Assembly: GCA_964434285.1 (NCBI GenBank)
Contig: CAYSUJ010000003.1
Span: forward strand, 20,992-84,991
Reading direction: 5' to 3'
Source of the DNA: an uncultured Candidatus Saccharibacteria bacterium
GTDB lineage: Bacteria > Patescibacteriota > Minisyncoccia > Phycocordibacterales > UBA2100
DNA: 64,000 bases
Shown here: piece by piece, positions 54,820 through 63,596 of the stretch
How the letters are laid out: each line of letters opens with the position of its first letter
Position numbering within the stretch: the first letter of the stretch is position 1
Position numbers and translations under genes: made by a program
Notes under the pieces: model-generated
What the model saw: the letters and a program-made list of their open reading frames with translations, nothing else
Database searches by the model: none
What the model was told of the DNA's origin: nothing

Positions 54820-55617
54820 TCAGAGCCATGTCTCATATCGGCCAACGTGCTCAAGAAGTTCGTCATCCGAGAACGTACGAGCTCGCATCTCAATCCATCC
54901 ACACGCATCGTTTGCGGGGCATGTTGGATCAACAATTCGTTTGCGAACATATGCGTCATGCACTCGACCATTTTGGTCTAGACGAGAGTACTGAATCGCC
55001 GCACCGTTCCTGATACCACTTCCTTCCATATGCGATCCCATCGCATCGTTCAGATCTTCCGGCCCCCATTCTTCGTGAAGATACCGGATAGCGTGCATCA
55101 ATTCACCATGCGTCACGCACACAACATCATCATCTTGATGATCCCTCCGAAGAGTGGCAAGAAAATCATGCCCACGAATAAGGGTATCTTGCATTGATTC
55201 GCCGCCGACCGGTCGCCACAAAAGGGCATCGATATGGCGGCGCTCAAACGCGTCAGCGTATTTCTGCACCTGTTCGTCGCGGCTGAGATGCGATAGCTCA
55301 CCCCAGCTACGCTCTCCAAGACGCATATCCCGTTTCCAACGGATCCCGAGACTCATATGTCCCGCCGTCTCCATCGAGCGTGCATACGGAGACACATAAC
55401 CGAACAACGGCCGACGGGCACACTCATTCTTGCGCCATTCCGTATACCAGCTTCCTGTCGTGCGAGCTTGATCTTTTCCACGAGGCGTGAGACGGCGCTT
55501 CCATGTCGCAACTTTCAACATTTCCGCACCCCCGGGCTCATGACCATTATTCATGGCATTGAAAAGAACATTTTCTTCGGACTCACCGTGGCGAATCCAC
55601 GTTGATGTGATAGGCAT
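54820..55617 (-). CDS. Histidine phosphatase (phosphoglycerate-mutase-like) family protein
   Basis: N-terminal WIRHGESEEN (RHGE catalytic motif). Start trimmed to MPITST (ATG at 55617). Confidence 0.65.
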   Translation of the reverse strand: MPITSTWIRHGESEENVLFNAMNNGHEPGGAEMLKVATWKRRLTPRGKDQARTTGSWYTEWRKNECARRPLFGYVSPYARSMETAGHMSLGIRWKRDMRLGERSWGELSHLSRDEQVQKYADAFERRHIDALLWRPVGGESMQDTLIRGHDFLATLRRDHQDDDVVCVTHGELMHAIRYLHEEWGPEDLNDAMGSHMEGSGIRNGAAIQYSRLDQNGRVHDAYVRKRIVDPTCPANDACGWIEMRARTFSDDELLEHVGRYETWL

Positions 55618-55672
55618 CGAACATTCTCCTTCTCTATACACCGAACACACTCTACCTTTTCAAGTACGGGAG

Positions 55673-56038
55673 TCAAACAAACTGCGGACGACTCGACGCC
55701 AGAAGTGCAAGGGCGAAAGTTGCCATCGTGAGCCCAAAATCACGGACGCCGATTGCGGTTGCGCCGATTTCTATCGTGATCACAAGGAGGTGAAGCGCGA
55801 GGGCGAGAGCAACCCAGCGTGTCCAGATGTTGAGCGCAAGCAAGGCACCTGCAACAACTTCAAAGAGGCCGTTTGCGAGCACGATCATCGCGGGTGGCAG
55901 ATGGAGAGTGTTCACCGCCCATTCGGGAACCCATGCAACCCAATTGATGCCGTCGAGGAGCTGCGAAAAACCGAACCAAAGAAACATTACCGCAAGACCG
56001 AGACGAAGAATTGTTATGCCCAATTGTTCACTCTGCAT
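55673..56038 (-). CDS. DoxX family membrane protein
   Basis: Four TM helices with the DoxX N-terminal signature (ILRLGLAVMFLWFGFSQL). Confidence 0.6.
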   Translation of the reverse strand: MQSEQLGITILRLGLAVMFLWFGFSQLLDGINWVAWVPEWAVNTLHLPPAMIVLANGLFEVVAGALLALNIWTRWVALALALHLLVITIEIGATAIGVRDFGLTMATFALALLASSRPQFV

Positions 56039-56040
56039 AG

Positions 56041-56553
56041 CTATTGCGCAAGAACCCCTATCTTGAATCCAAAGAGAATTTTCTCTTTGGATGCATCACC
56101 GCCGTGCTTGCGATTGAATTTTGCCGAGCCATCCGCGCCACAGAGACCAAGTATCGCCTGCTCACCGCCAGGATGTTTCGGGATCCATGACGTGAGATCG
56201 TACACGCTCCCATTGATGCTGGACCAGCAGCTTGCGCGATTGTTGTGACTCGCTACGGTTGCCGATGCGATACCACTCGATGCGGCGGGTGCCCCGGCGG
56301 CGCCGCTCGCTCCTGCGGGAGTCGGGACCGGCGCGTCATCATCTTCATCTTCAAATTCTTCCTTGTCATCATCATTCGTCGTGGGAGCATTTGAGTTTTG
56401 CGATGGCGCCGACATATCGATCACCTCGGTATTTATTCCTGTATCTAAGTTTATAGACCGCGGTGATTCGGTCGCGTTTTTCTGCAACAAAACGAACCCG
56501 CCTACACCGAGCACTAACACCACACCCACAAGTATTGAAATAATACTATTCAT
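56041..56553 (-). CDS. Membrane-anchored cytochrome b5-like heme-binding domain protein
   Basis: The C-terminal domain carries the cyt-b5 signature (CWSSINGSVYDLTSWIPKHPGG...H). N-terminal TM anchor and an acidic linker. Confidence 0.65.
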   Translation of the reverse strand: MNSIISILVGVVLVLGVGGFVLLQKNATESPRSINLDTGINTEVIDMSAPSQNSNAPTTNDDDKEEFEDEDDDAPVPTPAGASGAAGAPAASSGIASATVASHNNRASCWSSINGSVYDLTSWIPKHPGGEQAILGLCGADGSAKFNRKHGGDASKEKILFGFKIGVLAQ

Positions 56554-56572
56554 ATTCTTTGACTATACCACA

Positions 56573-57148
56573 TCAGTACACCGAGCGACCAAGAAGTGCA
56601 AGCCCAACAATTCCGATGAAGTTCATACAAAAAGAGATACCGATAAATACACGCATATTTATTCGTGAGAGACCCATGAGTGCGAGGCCAAATTCATCCG
56701 GAAGGGGTGAGGCAATGAGGAGGGCACCAACGAGCGGAAGAAGCCAGTGAAGAAACGGGTGTCGGAAGAATTTTCTCAACCGCCGGCGCTGCGACTCCCT
56801 CAAAAAAAGAGTTTTTTGTTCATTCACTGCTTCCCGTACGAATAAAAATAAAAAAAGATCCCCTATAACGGCACCGGCCGCGCCAAAGAGCGCAATGAGA
56901 TACACGTTAAATGTCTGAGTGATCTCAAGAAATACGACTGTTGCGGGCACCACCGAGAGCAGTGACGTAAAAAACACACCCGCGATAAAACTTGCTGGTA
57001 GCGCATGCAGCAGAGAATCTGAGACCCAGGAATGTATCGCACCAGTGATCAGAAGTTCATACGCAACATAAAAAGAGATGGCGACAAGGAATGTCGTACG
57101 TGCACGTCGCAAACGGGCTCGATGTTCCTCTGCTGTGACACGACTCAT
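56573..57148 (-). CDS. Hypothetical membrane protein (6 TM)
   Basis: Start trimmed to MSRVTAEE (ATG at 57148), overlapping the uppP stop by 4 nt. No family recognised. Confidence 0.45.
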   Translation of the reverse strand: MSRVTAEEHRARLRRARTTFLVAISFYVAYELLITGAIHSWVSDSLLHALPASFIAGVFFTSLLSVVPATVVFLEITQTFNVYLIALFGAAGAVIGDLFLFLFVREAVNEQKTLFLRESQRRRLRKFFRHPFLHWLLPLVGALLIASPLPDEFGLALMGLSRINMRVFIGISFCMNFIGIVGLALLGRSVY

Positions 57149-57921
57149 AGCGTAAAGAAGAATATAAGAGCAGCGAGAACAATGCGATACCACCCGAACC
57201 ACTCAAATGAGTGAGTGCTCACAAAGTGAATGAGGGCTCTCGCACTCACGTATGCGGCGCAAAATGCTGCAGCGAATCCGAGGAGAAGAAGGTGCCACTC
57301 TGAAAACGCAAAAGAAGAACCGGTGCGAAGAAGATCATATCCGGTGGCGGCAAGCATAGTGGGTATCGCAAGCAAAAAAGAAAAACGCGCTATCTCAACG
57401 CGTGAAAGCCCGAGCGCGAGTCCGCCGAGAATGGTCGCGCCGGCACGCGAGACACCTGGCACGACCGCAAGCGATTGCGCACAGCCTATAAGCACCGCCC
57501 TCCCAAGAGACATATTTGACGCCTCAATCCCCCGCTCTAAAATTAATCCTCTCTTCCGCGCTTGCTCGAAGACAATGAGAACAACCCCTCCTAGAAGAAG
57601 CGCCCACGCGATGATGGTGAGACTCTCAAGAAACACCTCCTTGATGAGTGAGTAGAGCGAAAAACCGACGATTGCCGCGGGAACGAACGCGAGGAGGACG
57701 CGAAGCATCAAGGCATGGTCGGTGACGAGGGTCTTTCGATAGAGCACGAGCAGGCTCGCAATTGCGCCGAGCTGTATCGCAATAATAAAGCTCGTCAAGA
57801 AAGTGTTCGTGGGCACCTCAAGCAAACGCGCGCCGATTACCAAGTGCGCAGTGGATGAGATCGGCAAAAATTCAGTAAAACCTTCAAGTAAGCCGAGGAT
57901 GAGTGCGTGGAAGGGACTCAT
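57145..57921 (-). CDS. uppP: Undecaprenyl-diphosphate phosphatase
   Basis: BacA/UppP signature (GLLEGFTEFLPISSTAHL, then GxSRSG: VSRAGAT). Eight TM helices. Confidence 0.85.
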   Translation of the reverse strand: MSPFHALILGLLEGFTEFLPISSTAHLVIGARLLEVPTNTFLTSFIIAIQLGAIASLLVLYRKTLVTDHALMLRVLLAFVPAAIVGFSLYSLIKEVFLESLTIIAWALLLGGVVLIVFEQARKRGLILERGIEASNMSLGRAVLIGCAQSLAVVPGVSRAGATILGGLALGLSRVEIARFSFLLAIPTMLAATGYDLLRTGSSFAFSEWHLLLLGFAAAFCAAYVSARALIHFVSTHSFEWFGWYRIVLAALIFFFTL

Positions 57922-58007
57922 GGTGGGTATTGTACCTTTTTAATTATACCCATACACCCTCGAGACGCGAGACAAAAACGTGCCAACTACGAGGCATGGG
58001 ATTTCAG

Positions 58008-58138
58008 AGAAAACGGCAAAAAGGTGTTAGGTGCAAGGCGCGAGGAAAGGGACCAGCGAGCCGTACTTGCAGTACGGTGAGCGGGGCCCTGGGGCCCCGC
58101 AACGCAGCAGATGACACCTTTTTGCCGTTTTCTCACCA
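58008..58138. repeat. Structured intergenic element: 21-bp perfect inverted repeats enclosing two GC-rich hairpins
   Basis: GAGAAAACGGCAAAAAGGTGT at 58008-58028 is the exact reverse complement of 58117-58138. Inside are CCGUAC(U)-UGC-AGUACGG and CGGGGCC-CUG-GGCCCCG hairpins. It produces the mirrored spurious ORFs on both strands. Confidence 0.7.
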
Positions 58139-58522
58139 GAAGCCGAAGCCTTTGCCGGCAAGGTATGCCCCCATAACAACCGCAAGCATACCGCCCGACG
58201 TGTACCACGCAGGGGTATTAAACTGTCTGACGAGTTTCGTGATTCTTGTGTAAGGAGCCGTGAGGTAAAAGACTGCCTCTACTACAATCCATGCGCCAAT
58301 GAGCGTAATCACACCACGCCAGTCAGGAGTCCAAATCCAGTGCGTAAGAACGAGAGAAAGACCCGCGATGAGCTGACAGACTCCCACAATCATGAGGAGC
58401 GCTCTATCCTTTAACACATCCATAATGATGTGCATGTACGACTTCTGGCGCATCATGATGATGCCGCCTGCGATCAAGAAGTACAAACCGAATAATTTTG
58501 CCAAAAATATGGAGAGTTCCAT
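58133..58522 (-). CDS. Hypothetical membrane protein (129 aa, 4 TM)
   Basis: Hydrophobic ORF. No family recognised. Confidence 0.45.
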   Translation of the reverse strand: MELSIFLAKLFGLYFLIAGGIIMMRQKSYMHIIMDVLKDRALLMIVGVCQLIAGLSLVLTHWIWTPDWRGVITLIGAWIVVEAVFYLTAPYTRITKLVRQFNTPAWYTSGGMLAVVMGAYLAGKGFGFW

Positions 58523-58607
58523 GGTGCGTGGTGTTCCCTAAATAATGAGCACATTGTAGCGCTCTTTCAGACGGAACAAGCACGAAATCTGTTGTTGCGT
58601 GGATAAC

Positions 58608-59165
58608 CTACCTCCCCGCCTGCCACGCTCCAATCGCGTCTATAGGATACAAAAGCTGAATAATATTGAGCGCAAGCGCATCACGAATGAAATAAAGCGC
58701 GACAAGCTCAAGAGCGATCACGAGAATGAGCGAAAGCCACGTTGGCCATTTCCAGGCACAGAAAAACCCCGCAATCATCGCGATTACGTCCCCCACCGAA
58801 TTCACGACGCTGTCACCGACGTACCCCTGCGCAAGCGCTTGCTCCCTGTAGCGGTTGATGATCATGTCGGTATTTTCAAACAGCTCCCATCCGATCTCAA
58901 TTCCGATTGCAAGAAAGAGTCGAACCGGCACCGAAAGGCGTGGGAATACAATGCGGAGAAGCGCATAAAAGATCACGCCATGGATCACGTGCGAGAGCGT
59001 GTACCAGTCGGTGAGATGCTGCGAATTCCCATCGGAGAGCACGACACCGTGCCAGAGCTTTACGTAGCCCCCCTCATACATTAACGGCTGGCCCATGAAC
59101 GAGAGGATTGCGGCGTGTGCCATCAAGAAACCGAGAACGACCGCAATAATCGAGAGGAGTCGCAT
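58608..59165 (-). CDS. Membrane protein, possibly DUF2585 family
   Basis: The HLTDWYTLSHVIHGVIFY motif and 5-6 TM helices resemble DUF2585 (recalled from memory). Start trimmed to MRLLSII (ATG at 59165). Confidence 0.35.
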   Translation of the reverse strand: MRLLSIIAVVLGFLMAHAAILSFMGQPLMYEGGYVKLWHGVVLSDGNSQHLTDWYTLSHVIHGVIFYALLRIVFPRLSVPVRLFLAIGIEIGWELFENTDMIINRYREQALAQGYVGDSVVNSVGDVIAMIAGFFCAWKWPTWLSLILVIALELVALYFIRDALALNIIQLLYPIDAIGAWQAGR

Positions 59166-59166
59166 A

Positions 59167-60231
59167 TTAACCAAAAGTGAACGTGAATGCTTGTAACCCC
59201 GAACCACGAACGCGGAGTTCGAGTGTATGTTCTTCCCCCTTCGGATTCCTCACGAGGTGATAGAGGTCTTCGCTCCGAATCCGGACGATGCCGTCAGCGC
59301 TTACGTCGGCACCACGCATGGAGCCTATACGGACACCATCATGCCACACTTCGACCTCAGTATCGCTTTCTGCGCTCGCCACCATGAAGACATCTTTCGC
59401 GTGATAGCGGAAGATGATGCGCGCACCGTCCGAGATGGATTCGGCATATTCAGGCTGAATGTTCCAAGAGCCAGCGAGATACAGAGCGTTCGCAAAAGGA
59501 GTTTGCGGAGCCTCCAATGTTTGTACTCCGGACACCAGCCGCTTTCCTTCTGCAAAGCGTTCGTTGCGATCAGATCCGAAGTAGATCTCCGGACTCTGCG
59601 CGAAGCGCTCCGCCTCGGGCATAGACTCTGCCGCGAGCGCACCGCCCTCCGGCGCTTGTAACCCTAGTTTTTCTGCGCGCTCCACGAGCGCCTCGCGAAT
59701 CTTTTTTTCCGTCTCATCATAGGCACCCTCGCCGATGTGGTCGTAGATGATGTTGCCGTCAATGTCGATGAGATATTTACGCGGCCAATAGTTGTTGCCG
59801 TAGGCGCGCCACGTCGCATAGTCATTGTCGAGAACGACCGGAAATTCAATGCCGTGCTTTTTGAGTGCCTCGCGCACGTTGTCGATATCTTTCTCAAAAG
59901 CAAATTCCGGCGTGTGGATGCCGACAATCTCAAGACCATCGTTGCGGTATTTCTCATACCACGCATTCAGATAGGGGAACGTGCGAATGCAGTTGATACA
60001 GGAGTAAGTGACAAAGTCTATAAGAATGACTTTTTTTCCTATCAATTCCCCAAGCGTGAATGGTTCAGCATTCAGAAAACCAGCCGGCCGCGCAATCTCC
60101 GCGTAACGCTTCTCAGAAAAACCAAATGTGGGTTCCGCACTTGGCACCGTGTCATTCTGAAAAATCACCGCAGACGAGGCGAGAATGCCGACCCCGATAA
60201 TGCCGCCGACGAGAACGATGGGATTTTTCAT
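59167..60231 (-). CDS. TlpA/ResA-like thiol-disulfide oxidoreductase (redoxin) with C-terminal extra domain
   Basis: Thioredoxin fold with CINC active site (FVTYSCINCIRTFPYL). N-terminal anchor. A C-terminal ~150-aa domain of unknown function. Confidence 0.75.
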   Translation of the reverse strand: MKNPIVLVGGIIGVGILASSAVIFQNDTVPSAEPTFGFSEKRYAEIARPAGFLNAEPFTLGELIGKKVILIDFVTYSCINCIRTFPYLNAWYEKYRNDGLEIVGIHTPEFAFEKDIDNVREALKKHGIEFPVVLDNDYATWRAYGNNYWPRKYLIDIDGNIIYDHIGEGAYDETEKKIREALVERAEKLGLQAPEGGALAAESMPEAERFAQSPEIYFGSDRNERFAEGKRLVSGVQTLEAPQTPFANALYLAGSWNIQPEYAESISDGARIIFRYHAKDVFMVASAESDTEVEVWHDGVRIGSMRGADVSADGIVRIRSEDLYHLVRNPKGEEHTLELRVRGSGLQAFTFTFG

Positions 60232-60953
60232 ATAACTCTTTCGAGGATGCCCTGTTCAAATTTCACGACATCGACGAAGCCGCTCTCGAGGAGCCAGACT
60301 TCAAACTGCTTCTCATAACCGGTCACAATGAGAAGCCCGAGCACGATGAAGAGTACCCCGATACTTCGTTTGAGCCATCCCCGCGAATCCGCAATGCCCG
60401 TCAGGCGATCAGCGAATCGCTGCCCGAAAAGCGCGATGAGGAGCAGTATCAATGAGAGTCCCGCAGCGTAGGCGACGAGATACAGCGTGCCGAGCGCAAA
60501 ACTCGCGGGTAAGACCGATGCGAGAATGACGAAGTAGGTCGGCGAACACGACGAAAACACAGGACCAAGCGCTGCACCGATGAGAACATCTCCCCAGAAA
60601 CTCTTCTTCTGGTAGCCGGCCCCGACGAGTTTGTTGGAATCACGAGAAAAACGATTCACTCCCGGGATGCTCTCCCAAAGCCCTGTAAACATCAGTACTA
60701 ATCCGAAGAGTATGAGGATGCCACCAGAGAGTCCTGTCCAGAACGATTGCGGCACCATGATGAACGCGGTCGAGAACTTGAGGAGGAACGTGAAGAGGAT
60801 GATCGAGAGCGCGAGCGAGCCGACCACGATGTAGGGCGTTGCACGGCTCCTTCCTGTCGCTGAGGAACCGAGCACGACAGGAAGCAGTGGGAGGATGCAC
60901 GGCGCGAGCACCGTGAGCATTCCCGCAATGAACGAGACGGCAAGGAGCGTCAT
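60228..60953 (-). CDS. ccdA: Cytochrome c-type biogenesis / disulfide-relay membrane protein CcdA (DsbD transmembrane domain family)
   Basis: Six TM helices with conserved Cys in TM1 (LAPCILPLLP) and TM4 (FSSCSP). Translationally coupled with the redoxin gene. Confidence 0.8.
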   Translation of the reverse strand: MTLLAVSFIAGMLTVLAPCILPLLPVVLGSSATGRSRATPYIVVGSLALSIILFTFLLKFSTAFIMVPQSFWTGLSGGILILFGLVLMFTGLWESIPGVNRFSRDSNKLVGAGYQKKSFWGDVLIGAALGPVFSSCSPTYFVILASVLPASFALGTLYLVAYAAGLSLILLLIALFGQRFADRLTGIADSRGWLKRSIGVLFIVLGLLIVTGYEKQFEVWLLESGFVDVVKFEQGILERVI

Positions 60954-61072
60954 CCCGTTAGAAATAGGACGCGGACACCAAACGGCGACCGTACCCTAAG
61001 ACGTTATTGTGAGTAAGTACGACCATGGCTTGTGAAGAGTCTGCGTCCGCGATTTCTAACGGGATCATGTGC

Positions 61073-61672
61073 TTATTGTACCTTGCTCACAAGATCACTG
61101 AGCGCAAGTCCCCCGCTCCACTTGGTGATCAAATTACCTTGTGCATCCACCTGCACAAGCGTGTGCTGGTAAGTGACGCCGTATTTCTGCTTGAGCGCGG
61201 TTTCAGTGTCATAATTCACGTCAAGAATCGTAAGTCCTGCGGGAATCTTCGACATGTTTGCCTTAATATCGCTATCGAGTGCCTTACACGTTGGGCACCA
61301 TGAGGCGCGGAAGAAGAGAACTACGTCTCCTTCATTTGCTTTTGCGAGCTTCGATGCGGCATATGATTCGTATGAACCTTTCTGCATCATTGCGCCCTCG
61401 TCTTTCATCATGACGTCGTCTTTCTTTTCCATCATCGCGCCCTCGTCCTTCATCATTGCGTCCTTTTCCATCATTGCATCGTCTTTTTGCATTGCATCTT
61501 TTTCCATCATGGCGTCACTCTTCTCCGTCATTGCACTATCCTTTTCCATCATAGCTTCGTCCTTCATCATCGAATCGCCGCTTTGATTTGTAACGAACAC
61601 GCCACCCACAATGAGCGCAAGCACGACTACTCCTCCGATAATCCAATTCATCATATGGTTAGTGATATACAC
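61073..61672 (-). CDS. Thioredoxin-family protein with N-terminal Met-rich (AMMEKD) repeat region
   Basis: C-terminal thioredoxin fold with WCPTC. N-terminal TM anchor. Then about 8 imperfect repeats of (D/E)AMMEKD encoded by imperfect ~18-21-nt DNA tandem repeats. Confidence 0.75.
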   Translation of the reverse strand: MYITNHMMNWIIGGVVVLALIVGGVFVTNQSGDSMMKDEAMMEKDSAMTEKSDAMMEKDAMQKDDAMMEKDAMMKDEGAMMEKKDDVMMKDEGAMMQKGSYESYAASKLAKANEGDVVLFFRASWCPTCKALDSDIKANMSKIPAGLTILDVNYDTETALKQKYGVTYQHTLVQVDAQGNLITKWSGGLALSDLVSKVQ

Positions 61673-61738
61673 TCGTAATAGACGCAGTGTACATACCCTG
61701 TTTAAGATGTAAAGTAGACTTTACATCCGAACTGTGGA

Positions 61739-62098
61739 TTAAAAATGTGAGTCGCCGTAGAAGCGTGCCGCGAGTTTTGCGCCGATCATAACGATAAGCG
61801 TGAGTGGGACCCAGGGATCTATAGCGTGGCCCATGCCCTGCGCGAGAAGTGCGAGAGTAAGAATCCCAACACCTGAGAGATACGCAGCACGCCCGGCGTG
61901 CGCGCGTAACTGTACTTCTCGCTCATCCCCTGTGCCCTCCCGAATAATGAACGCGACCCATGCGATAAGAAGCACTGCGGCAATCGTAAGCGCCGCCATC
62001 TGTACCACGCTCGGCATCCAATACATGAAGGGATCTACGAGCGTGAAGAGCACGAGCGCGAGTAAGGCCAGAATGACGAATGAAAGCATGTTGTTCAT
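61739..62098 (-). CDS. Membrane protein (DUF2178-like partner of XRE regulators)
   Basis: Four TM helices. Translationally coupled immediately downstream of an XRE-family HTH gene, a conserved two-gene arrangement. Confidence 0.45.
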   Translation of the reverse strand: MNNMLSFVILALLALVLFTLVDPFMYWMPSVVQMAALTIAAVLLIAWVAFIIREGTGDEREVQLRAHAGRAAYLSGVGILTLALLAQGMGHAIDPWVPLTLIVMIGAKLAARFYGDSHF

Positions 62099-62292
62099 AG
62101 TGAAAAAATATCTTCAACCGGCACCTTAAAGATGCGTGCTAATTTCAAAGCAAGCAAGACCGAGGGTGTGTAATTCCCCTTTTCGATCGCGATGACGGTC
62201 TGTCGCGAGACGCCCGCTTTCTCCGCAAGCTCCTCTTGAGTGAGCGCGCGATTCGTGCGGAGTTTCTGGACAGTGTTAGTGACGGCCTCCAT
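62095..62292 (-). CDS. XRE-family helix-turn-helix transcriptional regulator
   Basis: LRTNRALTQEELAEKAGVSRQTVIAIEKGNYTPSVLLALKLARIFKVPVEDIF is a canonical Cro/C1-type HTH. Confidence 0.85.
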   Translation of the reverse strand: MEAVTNTVQKLRTNRALTQEELAEKAGVSRQTVIAIEKGNYTPSVLLALKLARIFKVPVEDIFSL

Positions 62293-62330
62293 GTACGCGC
62301 ACTTTACGCTCTATCAGAGCGATGTCAACT

Positions 62331-63587
62331 CTACTTTACCTCACCAAGAGCCCTGAGAGCGACGACATATGCCGCGTCCCTGAGTGTCGTTTGAAGACTC
62401 ACCGATTTTTCCCACACCTTCTCCGCAGCAGCTTCCATCTTCTCCTTCAACTTCGCGAGAACCTCATCTTTCCCCCACTTCTCTCCCCGAAGGTTCTGCT
62501 CCCATTCGAAATATGAAACCGCAACACCGCCTGCATTTGCGAGAATGTCGGGGATCACCACCACATTTTTTTCTTTTAGAATCTCGTCGGCCTCGAGAGT
62601 CGTCGGACCATTCGCAAGCTCGAGCACTACCTTCGCCTGCACTGTATGCGCATTTTCCTTTGTGATCGCATTTTCAAGTGCAGCGGGGACGAGGATATCG
62701 ACCGGTAGCGCGAGAATTTCATCGTTGGAAATATCTTTTCCAGCAAACCCGGAAAGCGTTCCTTTTTCTTTTTTATATTTCTCCGCTGCAGCCACGTCGA
62801 CACCTTCGGGTGCATACATGCCGCCTTTTGAATCAGAAAGTGCGACAATCTTGAAACCACGAGCTACGGCATAGTGCGCGAAATAGACGCCAACATTCCC
62901 AAAACCCTGAATTGAAACCGTTACCTCACTTTCCTTTTCCGCAAGGCGACGCCTTGTTCCAGAATATGGCTCTGAATCAAGCTTTTTAAGAACGGCCTCG
63001 AGCGCGTAGCCACCGCCGTATCCCGTCGCTTCGGTTCGACCCTCTGACCCCCCATGCTCTATCGGTTTTCCCGTGACGACTGCAGGTGAATGTTCGCCAA
63101 CATGCTTCGAATACTCATCCGCGATCCAATGCATCATTTGTGCAGTGGAGCCGACATCAGGCGCGGGCACGTCTTTCTCGGGGCCAATCACGTGCGCGAG
63201 TTCTCGCGCGAAGTTGCGCGTGAGGCGCTCAAGTTCGCCAGGCGAAAGTTCTTTTGGATTCACTTCGATACCTCCTTTTCCCCCGCCAAAAGGCACGCCG
63301 ATAACCGCATTTTTTATCGTCATCCAGAACGCGAGCGCTTTCGCTTCGTCGAGATCCACCTGCGGATGGAATCGTAAGCCCCCTTTGTAGGGACCGCGGA
63401 TGTTGTTGTGCTGAACCCGATAGCCGCGAAAAGTCTTCGTCTCCCCCGAATCCATGACAACGGGAACATTCACTTCAACCACGTTATCAGGTTGTTTGAG
63501 TCGATGATGAAGGTCGGGATGTGTGTCGGTTAATTCGAGTGTCTTTTGTAATTGAGCCAAGGCACGTTGCCAGGGGTTGTTTTGCAT
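62331..63587 (-). CDS. gdhA: Glutamate dehydrogenase (Glu/Leu/Phe/Val dehydrogenase family)
   Basis: Catalytic Lys in the GGGKGG signature (GVPFGGGKGGIEVNP) and a C-terminal NAD(P)-binding Rossmann domain. Confidence 0.9.
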   Translation of the reverse strand: MQNNPWQRALAQLQKTLELTDTHPDLHHRLKQPDNVVEVNVPVVMDSGETKTFRGYRVQHNNIRGPYKGGLRFHPQVDLDEAKALAFWMTIKNAVIGVPFGGGKGGIEVNPKELSPGELERLTRNFARELAHVIGPEKDVPAPDVGSTAQMMHWIADEYSKHVGEHSPAVVTGKPIEHGGSEGRTEATGYGGGYALEAVLKKLDSEPYSGTRRRLAEKESEVTVSIQGFGNVGVYFAHYAVARGFKIVALSDSKGGMYAPEGVDVAAAEKYKKEKGTLSGFAGKDISNDEILALPVDILVPAALENAITKENAHTVQAKVVLELANGPTTLEADEILKEKNVVVIPDILANAGGVAVSYFEWEQNLRGEKWGKDEVLAKLKEKMEAAAEKVWEKSVSLQTTLRDAAYVVALRALGEVK

Positions 63588-63596
63588 CTGAAAATT

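Noticed and set aside
57903-58253. ORFs 57903..58253(+) and 57987..58208(-)
   Set aside because: They are mirror-image ORFs created by the 21-bp inverted repeat (shared TFLPFS peptide). They are Arg/Gly-rich and not coding.
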